This document shows positions 52,711-63,925 of a DNA stretch of 64,000 nucleotides, one piece after another. Each line of letters begins with the position of its first letter. Within the stretch, counting starts at the first letter, position 1. Source of the stretch: Escherichia coli (GTDB lineage: Bacteria > Pseudomonadota > Gammaproteobacteria > Enterobacterales > Enterobacteriaceae). Location of the stretch: NCBI RefSeq assembly GCF_024298765.1, contig NZ_CP101210.1; one strand, 5' to 3'. A program made the translations under genes and the position numbers. The notes beneath the pieces are model-generated. The model ran no database searches, was not told the origin of the DNA, and saw only the letters and a list, made by a program, of their open reading frames with translations.

Positions 52711-52904
52711 GTACGGGCGTCCAGCCAGATGAATAAAACGCGCGCAAATATGCGTCATTTTTTGACGTACATCAAGTTTTTTAACCGGTTTGAGAAAAAA
52801 ACATCAAACAGCAACTTGCCCTTATCCATCTTCAGAATGAGTATTATTGTGGATTTTCTTAACCCGTACTATACACATAGGGGCAATGATAAAAGGTGGC
52901 AAAA

Positions 52905-53000
52905 ATGAATGTTTCCAGTAGAACTGTAGTACTGATAAATGTCTTTGCTGCTGTTGGTTTGTTTACTCTTATCTCTATGAGATTTGGCTGGTTTATTTGA
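52905..53000 (+). CDS. yncL: Small membrane protein YncL
   Basis: 31-aa ORF MNVSSRTVVLINVFAAVGLFTLISMRFGWFI preceded by RBS aaggtgg; found by reading the ortT-patD spacer. Confidence 0.75.
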   Translation: MNVSSRTVVLINVFAAVGLFTLISMRFGWFI

Positions 53001-53096
53001 TGTAGTGATTTTGCACGCAGCACGTACTGTCAGAGAAATCAGTGCTCTGACAGTACGCAAGATCATCTCATACTCTTACGATCTGCAATATTATCC

Positions 53097-54521
53097 TTAA
53101 TGTTTAACCATGACGTGGCGGACGACGGTGTAATCCTCCAGCCCATAAAGTGACATATCCTTGCCGTAACCAGAAAGTTTCTGCCCACCGTGCGGCATTT
53201 CACTTACCAGCATGAAATGGGTATTGACCCAGGTACAACCATATTGCAGCCGTGCGCTGACGCGATGCGCCCTGCCCACATCTTTCGTCCATACCGAAGA
53301 TGCAAGTCCGTACTGGCTGTCATTCGCCCAGTTTACCACCTGTTCTTCGTTGTCGAAGAGTGTAACACTCACTACTGGACCAAATACCTCTTTTTGCACG
53401 ATGGCATCGTCCTGTAATGCGCCAGCCAGCAGCGTCGGCGCATAGTAATAGCCATTACCCTTGCGCTTTTCACCGCCAGTGATCACTTTGATGTGCCCTG
53501 TCGCTTTCGCCTCTTCTACTGCCTTGCTGACGCGTTCGAGATGCGCCAGCGAGCTTAAAGGTCCAAGCTCCGTAGACTCGTCATCCGGCGCACCAGATTT
53601 TAACGTTGCCACCGCAGCACCCAGTTTTTCCACCAGCGTATCGTAAATGCCTTTTTGCGCGTAGATCCGACAAGCCGCTGTACAATCCTGTCCGGCATTG
53701 TAATAGCCAAATGTACGTACACCTTCGACCACTGCCTCAATATCCGCATCATCAAAAACAATCACTGGCGCTTTGCCACCAAGTTCCATATGAGTACGCT
53801 TTATGGACGGCGCGGTATGGCTGATGATGTGTTCCCCAGTGGCGATAGAGCCCGTCAGCGACACCATCCGCACTTTGGGATGACCGGTCAGCGGATCGCC
53901 CACCGTTTTGCCTCTGCCAAACAGTACATTAATCACGCCAGCCGGGAAGATATCTTTCGCCAACTCTGCCAACTTCAACGCTGTCAGCGGGGTAATTTCT
54001 GATGGTTTAAGCACTACGCAGTTCCCTGCCGCCAGCGCCGGAGCCAGTTTCCACGCAGCCATCATCAGCGGATAATTCCACGGTGCGATAGAAGCCACGA
54101 CCCCCAACGGATCGCGACGGATCATCGAAGTATGACCTTCAAGATATTCACCTGCCGCCAGACCATTCAGACAGCGCGCCGCACCAGCGAAAAAGCGAAA
54201 AACATCGACAATCGCCGGGATTTCATCATTGAACGCACTATGCAGCGGTTTGCCACAATTACGGGACTCCAGTTCGGCAAAAACCTGACCATTTTCTTCG
54301 ATAACATCAGCCAGTTTCAGCAGACATTCCGCACGCACTTTCGGCGTGGTTTGCCCCCATTCGGCAAATGCTGCATCTGCCGCGCGAACAGCAGCATCGA
54401 CCTGCTCTGCGGATGCCTCGGCAATCTCCAGTAAAACGTCCCCCGTTGCCGGATTATAGACAGGCTGTTTTTCCCCTTCGCCGCTAACCAGTTCTCCGTT
54501 AATCAGTAACTTATGTTGCAT
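53097..54521 (-). CDS. patD: Gamma-aminobutyraldehyde dehydrogenase (ALDH family)
   Basis: 474-aa ORF; aldehyde dehydrogenase with catalytic Cys/Glu motifs. Confidence 0.92.
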   Translation of the reverse strand: MQHKLLINGELVSGEGEKQPVYNPATGDVLLEIAEASAEQVDAAVRAADAAFAEWGQTTPKVRAECLLKLADVIEENGQVFAELESRNCGKPLHSAFNDEIPAIVDVFRFFAGAARCLNGLAAGEYLEGHTSMIRRDPLGVVASIAPWNYPLMMAAWKLAPALAAGNCVVLKPSEITPLTALKLAELAKDIFPAGVINVLFGRGKTVGDPLTGHPKVRMVSLTGSIATGEHIISHTAPSIKRTHMELGGKAPVIVFDDADIEAVVEGVRTFGYYNAGQDCTAACRIYAQKGIYDTLVEKLGAAVATLKSGAPDDESTELGPLSSLAHLERVSKAVEEAKATGHIKVITGGEKRKGNGYYYAPTLLAGALQDDAIVQKEVFGPVVSVTLFDNEEQVVNWANDSQYGLASSVWTKDVGRAHRVSARLQYGCTWVNTHFMLVSEMPHGGQKLSGYGKDMSLYGLEDYTVVRHVMVKH

Positions 54522-54542
54522 AGCATATTCCTGTATCAGTGG

Positions 54543-55337
54543 TTATTGACCATTGTCGCCTTCGCGGGTTAGCCACCAGGCCCCCAGGATCGGCAAGGTT
54601 GTTACCAACATAACCAGCAGTGCCACCACGTTAGTTACCGGTACATCACGCGGTCGCCCAAGCTGATTGAGCAACCACAACGGTAACGTTCGTTCATGAC
54701 CTGCCGTAAAGGTCGTAACGATGATTTCATCGAACGACAAGGCAAACGCCAGCATTCCTCCTGCCAGTAACGCCGAACTGAGATTCGGCAACACTACGTA
54801 GCGGAAGGTTTGCCAGCCATTAGCCCCAAGATCCATTGACGCCTCAACCAGACTCCACGAGGTGCGGCGAAAACGGGCGATGACATTGTTAAAGACCACC
54901 ACTACACAAAAAGTCGCATGACCGACCACGATGGTGAAAAATCCCGGCTCCAGATTGATGGTTTTAAAGGCGGTTAATAACGCCAGACCAGTGACAATGC
55001 CCGGCAGCGCAATGGGCAGCAGCAGTAACAGCGAAATGGCGTTTTTGCCGAAAAAGTCTCGTCGCCACAGCGCGGCAGCGGCCAGCGTCCCTAACACCAG
55101 CGCGATTAATGTCGCCAGCGCCGCCACTTTAAGTGACAGTGTCACGGCATCAAGAATATCACTACGCTGTGCTGCCACGCTAAACCAGCGCAGCGTCAGG
55201 CCTTGCGGTGGAAAACTAAACGCCGCATCTTCAGTGTTAAACGCATAAACGGCGATAATCAGAATGGGAAAATGTAAGAAAACCACGCCGCCCCAGGCCG
55301 CCAGTTTGAGGAAAAACGGTGCGCGTTCAGAGTGCAT
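54543..55337 (-). CDS. ydcV: ABC transporter permease
   Basis: 264-aa ORF; binding-protein-dependent permease fold. Confidence 0.9.
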   Translation of the reverse strand: MHSERAPFFLKLAAWGGVVFLHFPILIIAVYAFNTEDAAFSFPPQGLTLRWFSVAAQRSDILDAVTLSLKVAALATLIALVLGTLAAAALWRRDFFGKNAISLLLLLPIALPGIVTGLALLTAFKTINLEPGFFTIVVGHATFCVVVVFNNVIARFRRTSWSLVEASMDLGANGWQTFRYVVLPNLSSALLAGGMLAFALSFDEIIVTTFTAGHERTLPLWLLNQLGRPRDVPVTNVVALLVMLVTTLPILGAWWLTREGDNGQ

Positions 55338-56268
55338 CGAACGCTCCCAGACGTTTCACGAACGCCAGGTAAAGTGCGATGAGTACAATCGGCACTAGGG
55401 TGAATGCCGCCGCCATCGGCATATTGCCAATCGCCCCCTGCTGGGAATAAACCATATTGCCGATAAAATATCCTGGAGGGCCAACCAGCTGCGGGACAAT
55501 AAAATCGCCCAGCGTGAGTGAGAAGGTAAAGATAGAGCCAGCGGCAATACCCGGGATTGCCAGCGGCAGCACCACATAGCGAAAGGTTTGTCGTGGACGT
55601 GCGCCGAGATCAGCTGACGCCTGCAACAATGACGGCGGCAAACGCTCAAGCGCCGCCTGCACCGGGAGGATCATGAACGGCAACCAGATATAGAGAAACA
55701 CCAGAAAGCGCCCCAGCCCGGAAGTTGACAGCGTATTACCTCCCACCGCCGGTAGCGTGAGGAACGCAGTCAGCAGTGGTTCCAGCCCCAGATGTTGTAA
55801 AAACCACTGCGCCACGCCATCTTTTGCCAGCAATAACGTCCAGGCATAGGCTTTCACAATGTAGCTCGCCCACATCGGCAACATTACCGCGATATAAAAA
55901 AACGCTTTCATTTTCCCGCTGGTATAGCGCGCCATATACCACGCCATTGGAAAAGCCAGAATGGCGCTGGCGATAGTGACTGCCACAGCCATAATCAGCG
56001 TGCGGAGAATGATGTCGTAATTCGCCGGATTAAACAGCGCACGGATATTCGCCAGCGTCAGTTCCGGCGTTACCGACATGGTGAAATCGTCAAAGGTATA
56101 AAAGCCCTGCCATAACAGCGTTAGCAGCGAGCCGAAATAGACAATGCCAAACCACATTAGCGGGCCAAGCAGCAGCAAAAACAGCCCCAGCCCCGGATTA
56201 CGCCAGAAGAAACCGGACACCTTACCCAGACCTGGACGTGAAGGTGATTGCAATACGTTCATCGCCAT
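55327..56268 (-). CDS. ydcU: ABC transporter permease
   Basis: 313-aa ORF; overlaps the ydcV start by 11 nt. Confidence 0.9.
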   Translation of the reverse strand: MAMNVLQSPSRPGLGKVSGFFWRNPGLGLFLLLLGPLMWFGIVYFGSLLTLLWQGFYTFDDFTMSVTPELTLANIRALFNPANYDIILRTLIMAVAVTIASAILAFPMAWYMARYTSGKMKAFFYIAVMLPMWASYIVKAYAWTLLLAKDGVAQWFLQHLGLEPLLTAFLTLPAVGGNTLSTSGLGRFLVFLYIWLPFMILPVQAALERLPPSLLQASADLGARPRQTFRYVVLPLAIPGIAAGSIFTFSLTLGDFIVPQLVGPPGYFIGNMVYSQQGAIGNMPMAAAFTLVPIVLIALYLAFVKRLGAFDAL

Positions 56269-57282
56269 TCACCTCTCCTCAACCAGCGGTACCATCACAT
56301 CACGCGACCAGGAAACCATCACCTGTTGTCCGGGCGTGAGCGTGGCGGGCAGTTCTTCGCCTGTCATATTGGCCTGACTCACCAGCAGTTTTTCACCGCC
56401 GTTCAGTCTCAGTTCAAAACGGGTCGCCGCGCCCTGATACTGCACCGCCTGGATCGTGCCATTAGCCTGCACTTCGCCGGGGATGTTGAAGCGGATATGT
56501 TCCGGTCGCAGGGCGAAGCTTCCCGTCATGCCACAAAGTTTGTCTGCCATCAGTGCATCAAAAACATTCGATGTCCCGACAAACCCGGCAACAAACGGCG
56601 TGCGCGGGCGCATATAGAGATCACGCGGGGAATCGACCTGCTCAATGCGTCCATTATTGAAAACCGCCACACGATCGGACATCGATAACGCTTCGCCCTG
56701 ATCGTGGGTAACGAAGATAAAAGTGATACCGAGAGACTGTTGCAGCTTTTTCAGCTCAAGCTGCATTTGCTCTCGCAATTTGAGATCCAGCGCGCCGAGC
56801 GGTTCATCCAGCAACAACACACGCGGTTCGTTCACCAGTGCTCTGGCGATAGCAACCCGCTGGCGCTGACCACCAGAAAGTTGTGACGGTTTACGTTGCT
56901 GAACAAAACCAAGCGCCACTTTCTCAAGCGCCTCTTGCGCCATTGCGTGCCGCTGCTTTTTATTCACGCCTTTGACCATCAGCCCATAGGCTACGTTGTC
57001 AAGAATCGACATATGCGGAAATAGCGCGTAGTCCTGGAAGACAGTATTCACGTCCCGCTCCCACGGTGGCAGATTGCTGGCGGATTTACCAAAGATAGAG
57101 ATAGCCCCGCCGGAAAGCTGTTCGAAGCCAGCAATCAGGCGCAGGCAGGTGGTTTTGCCGGAGCCGGACGGCCCCAGCATAGAGAAGAACTCACCATCTT
57201 TTATCGCAACACTGACGCCATCTACTGCGCGCACGTCACCGTACAACCGTGAGACGTTGTCAAACTCCACTGCGTACGTCAT
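56269..57282 (-). CDS. ydcT: ABC transporter ATP-binding protein
   Basis: 337-aa ORF; Walker A GPSGSGKTT, ABC signature LSGGQRQR, Walker B LLLDEP. Confidence 0.92.
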   Translation of the reverse strand: MTYAVEFDNVSRLYGDVRAVDGVSVAIKDGEFFSMLGPSGSGKTTCLRLIAGFEQLSGGAISIFGKSASNLPPWERDVNTVFQDYALFPHMSILDNVAYGLMVKGVNKKQRHAMAQEALEKVALGFVQQRKPSQLSGGQRQRVAIARALVNEPRVLLLDEPLGALDLKLREQMQLELKKLQQSLGITFIFVTHDQGEALSMSDRVAVFNNGRIEQVDSPRDLYMRPRTPFVAGFVGTSNVFDALMADKLCGMTGSFALRPEHIRFNIPGEVQANGTIQAVQYQGAATRFELRLNGGEKLLVSQANMTGEELPATLTPGQQVMVSWSRDVMVPLVEER

Positions 57283-57299
57283 AAAACACCCCAGCGAAG

Positions 57300-58445
57300 T
57301 TAGCGACCGCCCATAATGGCAATGTAATCCTGCGTCCAGCGACTGTAGGGAACAAACTTGCCCCCTTCTGCTATAGGCGTTTTCCAGAAGGCGATTTTAT
57401 CGAAATAGTTAAAACCGTTTGTTTCACAACCTTTCTCGCCTAATAACGGACTGGCTTTACACCCTTGCGGCACTACTGGTAACGAGCCAAACCAGGCCGC
57501 CACATCGCCCTGCACTTTTGGGGTTAATGACCAGTTCATCCATTTGTAGGCGCAAACCGGATGTTTCGCTTCGCTATGTAGCATGGTGGTGTCAGCCCAA
57601 CCGGTAACGCCCTCCTTCGGGAAAACGGTAGCGACAGGCTGGCCTTCGGCTTTCAGGGCGTTGGCCTGATAAGGCCATGCACTGGAAGCAACCACACCCT
57701 CGTTTTTGAAATCGCTCATTTGCACGGTAGTGTCATGCCAGTAGCGATGGATCAAACTATGTTGATCGCGCAGCACTTTCAGCACCGCCTGGTACTGTTC
57801 TTCGGTGAGTTGATACGGATCGCTGATGCCCAACTGCGGCTGCGTGGCTTTAACGAACAACGCAGCGTCCGCAATGTAGATAGGGCCATCATAAGCCTGT
57901 ACCCGGCCTTTATTGCTCTTGCCGTCCGGCAGATTCTGCTCAACAAAAACCACTTGCCAGCTATCCGGCGGCGTCGGGAAGGTTTTAGTGTTGTACATCA
58001 GCAGGTTCGGCCCCCATTGGTAAGGTGTGCCGTAAACTTTGCCGCCAACGTTAAACCAGTCGCCTTTAACCACGCGCGGATCGAGCGCTTTCCAGTTGGG
58101 AATCAAGGCGGTATTAATTGGCTGCACGCGTTTACCCATAATCAAACGCAGCGAGGCATCGCCGGATGCCGTAACCAGATCGTAACCCCCTTTGGCCATC
58201 AGACTGACCATTTCATCGGAAGTCGCGGCGGTTTTAACATTCACCGCGCAGCCTGTCTCTTTTTCGAATTGCGTTACCCAGTCGTATTGTTTATCAGTTT
58301 GTCCGCGTTCGATGTATCCCGGCCAGGCGATAATATCCAGTCGCCCTTCCGGTTTATCTAAATTGGTAGGTGGTTCGGCGGCGTGAGCGGTCATTATTGT
58401 CATGGTGAGCGCACACAGGCTGCTGCGGGCAAATGTCTTGCTCAT
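57300..58445 (-). CDS. ydcS: Periplasmic substrate-binding protein (polyamine-type)
   Basis: 381-aa ORF with signal peptide; first gene of the ydcSTUV-patD cluster. Confidence 0.9.
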   Translation of the reverse strand: MSKTFARSSLCALTMTIMTAHAAEPPTNLDKPEGRLDIIAWPGYIERGQTDKQYDWVTQFEKETGCAVNVKTAATSDEMVSLMAKGGYDLVTASGDASLRLIMGKRVQPINTALIPNWKALDPRVVKGDWFNVGGKVYGTPYQWGPNLLMYNTKTFPTPPDSWQVVFVEQNLPDGKSNKGRVQAYDGPIYIADAALFVKATQPQLGISDPYQLTEEQYQAVLKVLRDQHSLIHRYWHDTTVQMSDFKNEGVVASSAWPYQANALKAEGQPVATVFPKEGVTGWADTTMLHSEAKHPVCAYKWMNWSLTPKVQGDVAAWFGSLPVVPQGCKASPLLGEKGCETNGFNYFDKIAFWKTPIAEGGKFVPYSRWTQDYIAIMGGR

Positions 58446-58689
58446 AAAGTCTTACTCCTGTCGTAATTAATTGTTCAGCCGCCGTGCCGTAAAAATATCT
58501 CCTTGTTTAACCATAGACGGCGGCTAGCAGGCACACCTTCGCCCCTGAGAAAATTTAATCAGGTTGTGAGCTACCGCGCATTATGCCGTATGTAAGGTTA
58601 TCTTCTGGAGTATAGACAAGGAGTTAGGAAATATGACTGCTATTCGAAATTCATATTACCCAACCTGAGAGGAATTTAATTAAACGCTA

Positions 58690-60096
58690 TTACAGCCGTT
58701 CTTGAATAAGTTTGCCTAATTGTTTAACCGCCTGTTCTTCACGTTCTCCCCACTGCCACGCGGTATTAAAACGGAAAAAACGTGACCAGTTTTCACCGGT
58801 AGAAAACATTTTACCCGGCGCAATACTGATATGATGCGTCAGTGCTGCCAGGCTTAATTCGCCCGCATCTAACGGCTCGGGGAGCTCCAGCCAGAGAAAA
58901 TAACCGCTGTCATTATGATGAATTTTCACTTCCGCAGGCAGATAACGCAGCAGTGCTTGCCAGGCACGTTGTTTACGTTCCGCAAGCTGGCGACGCAGGC
59001 GACGAAGATGGGCGTCGTATCGGCGCGTGGAAAGGTAATCCACCAGCGCAAGCTGCATCGGTGAGCTGGTGGAAAGCGTACTCATCAACTGCAAGCGTTG
59101 AATTTTACGTGCATGTTTTCCGGCGGCGACCCAACCAATACGAAAACCAGGCACCAGACATTTCGAAAACGAAGAGCAATGCAAAACACCATCGTGGCGA
59201 TCCCACGCTTTCGCAGGCAGCGGTTTTTCCCGTCCAAAATAAAGTTCGCTGTAAACGTCATCTTCAATCAGCGTTACGTTGTACTGATTGAGCAACGCTA
59301 CCAGCCGCGCTTTTTTCTGCGGCGTTAAGGTAAATCCGAGTGGATTCTGGCTATTAGTCATCAGCCAGCACGCTTTCACCGGATACTCCTGCAACGCCAG
59401 TTCCAGCGCCTTGAGATCAATCCCTTCTTTAACGTCCGTCGCCACCGATAACGCCTTCAGCCGTAACCGCTCCAGCGCCTGCAACGCACCGTAGAAACAA
59501 GGATTCTCTACTATCACCCAATCGCCCGGTTCAGTGACCGCTTGTAAACTGAGGTTTAATGCCTCTAACGCCCCGGCAGTAATGACAATTTCATCGGGTG
59601 AAATGGTGATGCCCTGTAAGGCATAGCGACGAGCTATAGCCTGACGCAGTTCAGCGTTTCCTGGCGGTAAGTTTTCAATCACGCTCATCGCCGTGGCGGT
59701 TTTGCTTACCTGTGCCAGCGAGCGGTTGAGTTGTTGGAGGGGGAAAAGTCGCGGGTCGGGAAAGGCCGAGGCAAACGGAACTACCGACGGATCGCGACTG
59801 GCCTGCAACATATCAAAAATATAGGTGTTGATATCGACTGCTTCATCTCGAGTGACTGGAATGACTGGCGCTTTCGGCATTTTTATTGCCTGTGTCGCAA
59901 CGTAATAACCCGACTGCCGTCGCGCGATAATATGTCCCTGACTTTCGAGCAACTGATAGGCATGGCTGACAGTCATAAAGCTCATGCCAGAAAGCGCCAC
60001 CTGGTCACGCAACGAAGGCAAACGATCGCCAGGTTGCCAGATACCCGACGCAATCTGCTCGCGTAATTGTTCTGCAAGCTGCTGGTATTTTTTCAT
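58690..60096 (-). CDS. ydcR: MocR-type regulator (GntR HTH fused to an aminotransferase-like domain)
   Basis: 468-aa ORF; N-terminal winged HTH and C-terminal fold-type I PLP domain. Confidence 0.9.
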   Translation of the reverse strand: MKKYQQLAEQLREQIASGIWQPGDRLPSLRDQVALSGMSFMTVSHAYQLLESQGHIIARRQSGYYVATQAIKMPKAPVIPVTRDEAVDINTYIFDMLQASRDPSVVPFASAFPDPRLFPLQQLNRSLAQVSKTATAMSVIENLPPGNAELRQAIARRYALQGITISPDEIVITAGALEALNLSLQAVTEPGDWVIVENPCFYGALQALERLRLKALSVATDVKEGIDLKALELALQEYPVKACWLMTNSQNPLGFTLTPQKKARLVALLNQYNVTLIEDDVYSELYFGREKPLPAKAWDRHDGVLHCSSFSKCLVPGFRIGWVAAGKHARKIQRLQLMSTLSTSSPMQLALVDYLSTRRYDAHLRRLRRQLAERKQRAWQALLRYLPAEVKIHHNDSGYFLWLELPEPLDAGELSLAALTHHISIAPGKMFSTGENWSRFFRFNTAWQWGEREEQAVKQLGKLIQERL

Positions 60097-60174
60097 TATC
60101 GAATCGTAATTATGTGCAGATGATTCGGCAGTCTATATCAGTTGTTAAAAATGACAACTTTTCATTAACTGTTA

Positions 60175-60591
60175 TCAAACCATCACCAGTGATAACTCTT
60201 TGCCAAGCGCCTTAGCCGCAAGCTGGACGGCGTCGATTTTTGTAGCATGGTGCAAGTTAAATAAGCGAGTAATCTCCTGTTTAGGTTTGCCAATTCGTCT
60301 GGCTAACTCTTGCTGAGTGATTTCTGACTGTAAAAAAGCATTTAACAGCAATACTTTAGAGGCGATACTTAAAGGCACTTCAATAAAGTGATCGTTGTTA
60401 GTTAATGGCGAAGGCAACGGGATTAGCTCATTATCTTCAAAATAAAAATCAAATGCGGTGAGTAAGGCATCTTTTGCTGCTTCCATCGCTTCAGCAACAG
60501 TTTCTCCCTGCGTCAACGCTTCAGGGATATCTACAAAAGAAACCACATAACCGCCTTCCGGCGCAGGAGTAAGAGTGACGGGATAACGCAT
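60175..60591 (-). CDS. hicB: HicB antitoxin
   Basis: 138-aa product from the ATG at 60591 (MRYPVTLTPAPEGGY...); the ORF-track start at 60612 is an alternative. Confidence 0.85.
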   Translation of the reverse strand: MRYPVTLTPAPEGGYVVSFVDIPEALTQGETVAEAMEAAKDALLTAFDFYFEDNELIPLPSPLTNNDHFIEVPLSIASKVLLLNAFLQSEITQQELARRIGKPKQEITRLFNLHHATKIDAVQLAAKALGKELSLVMV

Positions 60592-60634
60592 AATTTTGAC
60601 TGTCTCTCGCATGTCATTAACCTTCTTATGGCGA

Positions 60635-60811
60635 TTAATTTAAACCGAGTTGCTTCAGGATTGCTTTACGCAATGGTTCTTTTATCTCATCACTGGGGTG
60701 ACGCGGCATGACACTGCGTCGCCCTTGAAACCTGAGTTTCAAATGGTTGCTGCCATTCGCCACATCGACGCCCTGAGATTCGAGCCAACGTCTGAACTCG
60801 CTTTGTTTCAC
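60635..60811 (-). CDS. hicA: HicA mRNA-interferase toxin
   Basis: 58-aa ORF (VKQSEFRRWLESQGV...GRRSVMPRHP...) starting at GTG with RBS ggagg; below the ORF-track cutoff. Confidence 0.8.
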   Translation of the reverse strand: MKQSEFRRWLESQGVDVANGSNHLKLRFQGRRSVMPRHPSDEIKEPLRKAILKQLGLN

Positions 60812-61032
60812 ATCGCCTCCCTGCCGCTGAGTATATCAACAAAGTAAACATTAGTGTTTACCTCCGTGTGTAATTTGCTCGAAAATAGCACTAAATCGCC
60901 GCAACGGCAGAATGCAATGCAAAATCAGGAAGGAAGATTCCAGAATTTCTTTGCGCTAATTTGCAAAACTGAATAATAACCTCAAGAAACGATCGGCATC
61001 ATAGCGACAAAAGGTAAGAAAAAGGTGGCAGG

Positions 61033-61263
61033 ATGTTTACGAAGGCGTTATCAGTTGTCTTATTAACGTGTGCGCTGTTCTCAGGACAACTCATGGCAGG
61101 GCACAAAGGACATGAATTTGTGTGGGTAAAGAATGTGGATCATCAGCTGCGTCATGAAGCGGACAGCGATGAATTGCGTGCTGTGGCGGAAGAGTCGGCG
61201 GAAGGTTTGCGCGAGCATTTTTACTGGCAAAAATCGCGCAAACCAGAAGCGGGACATCGTTGA
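61033..61263 (+). CDS. yncJ: Small secreted protein YncJ
   Basis: 76-aa ORF with signal peptide. Confidence 0.85.
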   Translation: MFTKALSVVLLTCALFSGQLMAGHKGHEFVWVKNVDHQLRHEADSDELRAVAEESAEGLREHFYWQKSRKPEAGHR

Positions 61264-61354
61264 GTCATTTGTTGCCGGATGCGGCATGACGCCTTACCCG
61301 GCAGGCAATATCATGCAGATTTGATGAGTTGTGAGTAACCAGAAAACTGGCGTT

Positions 61355-63316
61355 TTACCCTTTTCGCTTCGGTAAAGTTTTCAGCAGCTCATCCGGACTT
61401 ACGGATGCCACTACGCTTCCCGGTAACGGCATTTTCAGTATGTGATTTTTGATTTTGCCAATGACGTGCATCTCGCATGGGCGGCAATCAAACTTTAGCG
61501 TTAATACTTCATCGCCGTTAACCAGTTGCATTGGCGTCGCCTTCCAGCTTTTGATATTGCCTTTCGCCTGTTTCGGGCACAGATTGAAGGCAAAGCGCAG
61601 ACAATGCTTAGTGATCATCACCGGGACTTCGCCCTTCTCTTCATGCGCTTCATACGCCGCATCAATCAGTTGCACACCATAGCGATGATAAAATTCACGC
61701 GCTTTCTGGTTGTAAACGTTCGCGAGGAAACTCAAATGCGTTTGCGGATAAACCGGCGCAGGATCAGCAACCGGTTTACGGCTGCCGCGCTGGTAACTGG
61801 CAAGACGCGCAGCATCTAGCATGTCGGCGGCTTCACGGCGGAACTGGTTTAACAGACTGTTTGGTACAAACAGCGCACCCGGCAAATTAATTTGCACATC
61901 GCGGGCGTAATAGATGGTTTGCCCCAGTTTTGCCAGACCATCCTTTAGATTGTTCATTGCTTTTTCGGCGTTATTGGCTTCGTCGAACTGCCCGTCCAGC
62001 GTATGCGTGATGCTGACACCCTCTTCACTGGTGAGGGTCAGAATCAGTTGTTCCTGCCAGCCGCCCAGTTCAATGTCTACCGCCACCCGACGTTCGCTGG
62101 AAGTTTTTGTCAGTGCCTGCTGCCAGTTATGATCAAGATTACGGTTTAGTGGGTGATGCGGGCGAATTTTGTGCAACTCTGCTGGCATTTCATTGGGCCA
62201 GACGCGGTACTGATTTTCTCCGGTTTTCTCGACCGTATTGGCACGAAAGCCGACGACTTCACGTTTAATCATCACGTTCAGGCCATCGCCATTTGCCAGT
62301 GGCTCGGTAACGGCAACATCGAGATGATCTTTCGCCACTTTCAATACTTCACCCACCGGCAGGCCGATAAATTTCGGCGAATCGAACGCGCCAATATCGC
62401 CTTTACGGGCATTCACAAAATAATCTGTGCTACCACGGTGGAAAGTCTTTTCCGTCGATGGAACAAAGAAATGTTCAGTACGACCTGATGAAGCACGCGT
62501 CAGATCGCCACGTTCTTCAATAATGGCATCCAGCATCTGGCGATAATGGGCGGTGATATTCTTCACGTAGCTCATATCTTTGTAACGCCCTTCAATCTTG
62601 AAGGAGCGTACGCCAGCATCAATCAGCGCGCCGAGGTTGGCAGTCTGATCGTTATCTTTCATCGACAGCAGATGTTTTTCATAGGAAACCACCCGCCCCT
62701 GATCGTCTTTCAATGTGTATGGCAAACGGCACGCCTGCGAGCAATCGCCACGGTTGGCGCTACGCCCTGTTTGCGCATGAGAAATGTAGCACTGACCCGA
62801 ATAGGCCACGCACAGTGCGCCATGAATAAAGAATTCAATGGTCGCGTCCGTGGCCTGGTGAATCGCGCGGATCTGCTCAAGATTCAGCTCTCGCGCCAGC
62901 ACAATCTGCGTGAAGCCAACATCAGAGAGGAACTTCGCTTTTTCTACTGTACGAATGTCGCACTGCGTACTGGCGTGCAGTTCAATCGGCGGAATATCAA
63001 GTTCCAGAATCCCCATATCCTGAACAATCAGCGCGTCGACGCCGGTCTGGTAGAGGTCGGTAATCAGCCGTTGCGCAGGTTCCAGCTCATCATCATGCAA
63101 AATGGTGTTAAGCGTGACGAAAATTTTTGCACCATAACGATGGGCAAATGGCACCAGTTCGGCAATATCTTTCAGGCTATTACTGGCATTATGACGGGCA
63201 CCAAAACCAGGGCCGCCGATATAAACAGCATCGGCACCGTGCAAAATAGCTTCGCGGGCAATGGCGGCATCGCGTGCCGGGCTTAACAGTTCAAGTCGAT
63301 GAGAAGATACGGTCAC
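61355..63316 (-). CDS. rlhA: U32-family peptidase-like protein (23S rRNA 5-hydroxycytidine synthase RlhA/YdcP)
   Basis: ORF track gives 61355..63358 from a GTG; the internal GTG at 63316 gives a 653-aa product; U32-type N-terminus (ELLSPA); start uncertain. Confidence 0.85.
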   Translation of the reverse strand: MTVSSHRLELLSPARDAAIAREAILHGADAVYIGGPGFGARHNASNSLKDIAELVPFAHRYGAKIFVTLNTILHDDELEPAQRLITDLYQTGVDALIVQDMGILELDIPPIELHASTQCDIRTVEKAKFLSDVGFTQIVLARELNLEQIRAIHQATDATIEFFIHGALCVAYSGQCYISHAQTGRSANRGDCSQACRLPYTLKDDQGRVVSYEKHLLSMKDNDQTANLGALIDAGVRSFKIEGRYKDMSYVKNITAHYRQMLDAIIEERGDLTRASSGRTEHFFVPSTEKTFHRGSTDYFVNARKGDIGAFDSPKFIGLPVGEVLKVAKDHLDVAVTEPLANGDGLNVMIKREVVGFRANTVEKTGENQYRVWPNEMPAELHKIRPHHPLNRNLDHNWQQALTKTSSERRVAVDIELGGWQEQLILTLTSEEGVSITHTLDGQFDEANNAEKAMNNLKDGLAKLGQTIYYARDVQINLPGALFVPNSLLNQFRREAADMLDAARLASYQRGSRKPVADPAPVYPQTHLSFLANVYNQKAREFYHRYGVQLIDAAYEAHEEKGEVPVMITKHCLRFAFNLCPKQAKGNIKSWKATPMQLVNGDEVLTLKFDCRPCEMHVIGKIKNHILKMPLPGSVVASVSPDELLKTLPKRKG

Positions 63317-63388
63317 ATTCTTATCCAGTAGCTGAAAAATGGCGGCTATTTTAGCCACAAGCGCGACGTTGCGAAATAGTTTTCCCGC

Positions 63389-63925
63389 TTAACTGCGTGG
63401 GTAATGGATGAGGGAATGAAAATGTACGATTTGCTCCCCACCATTACGATAGATATGCGTAACGTCTGCAGCAAATCGAGCGCCTTCTCCACAATTAAGG
63501 CTCTGCCATTCACCATCAACGCACAGATCAAGTTGCCCATCAATGACGACAACATGTTCGATTACTCCCTTCTCATGGGGCGTCGATTCACTTATTGCAC
63601 CAGGTGCCATCTGAATCGAGAAGTGTTCAAAGCAGAGTTGTGGATCATAAGGAAACAGCGAAGTGATCACCATCGCCTGCTGTTGAGGATCATAAACTGA
63701 AGGCGTAGCGGACTGCGGCGGAGAAATAAATGTCGAAAATGGCACATTCAACCCGGTGGCAATTTTCCATAATGTCGCGACCGTCGGGCTGGACTCATTA
63801 CGCTCAATCTGCCCTAACATCGCTTTAGAAACGCCCGTCGCTTCTGCCAGTCGCGAAAGACTCCAGCCGCGCTGCTGACGTAGTTGTTTAAGTGTGGTGG
63901 ATAAAAAGCGAGCGAGATTTTCCAT
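63389..63925 (-). CDS. ydcN: XRE-HTH plus cupin transcriptional regulator (SutR/YdcN)
   Basis: 178-aa ORF; N-terminal HTH and C-terminal cupin. Confidence 0.88.
   Translation of the reverse strand: MENLARFLSTTLKQLRQQRGWSLSRLAEATGVSKAMLGQIERNESSPTVATLWKIATGLNVPFSTFISPPQSATPSVYDPQQQAMVITSLFPYDPQLCFEHFSIQMAPGAISESTPHEKGVIEHVVVIDGQLDLCVDGEWQSLNCGEGARFAADVTHIYRNGGEQIVHFHSLIHYPRS

Noticed and set aside
53026-53060. Inverted repeat cgtactgtcagag...ctctgacagtacg between yncL and patD as a rho-independent terminator
   Set aside because: Strong 13-bp stem but no flanking U-run on either strand; could be a protein-binding palindrome or rho-dependent site; left uncalled.
61264-61354. Palindromic sequence after yncJ (gccggatgcggcatgacgccttacccggc) as a possible REP element or terminator
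   Set aside because: Imperfect match to the REP consensus and no T-run; too weak to call.
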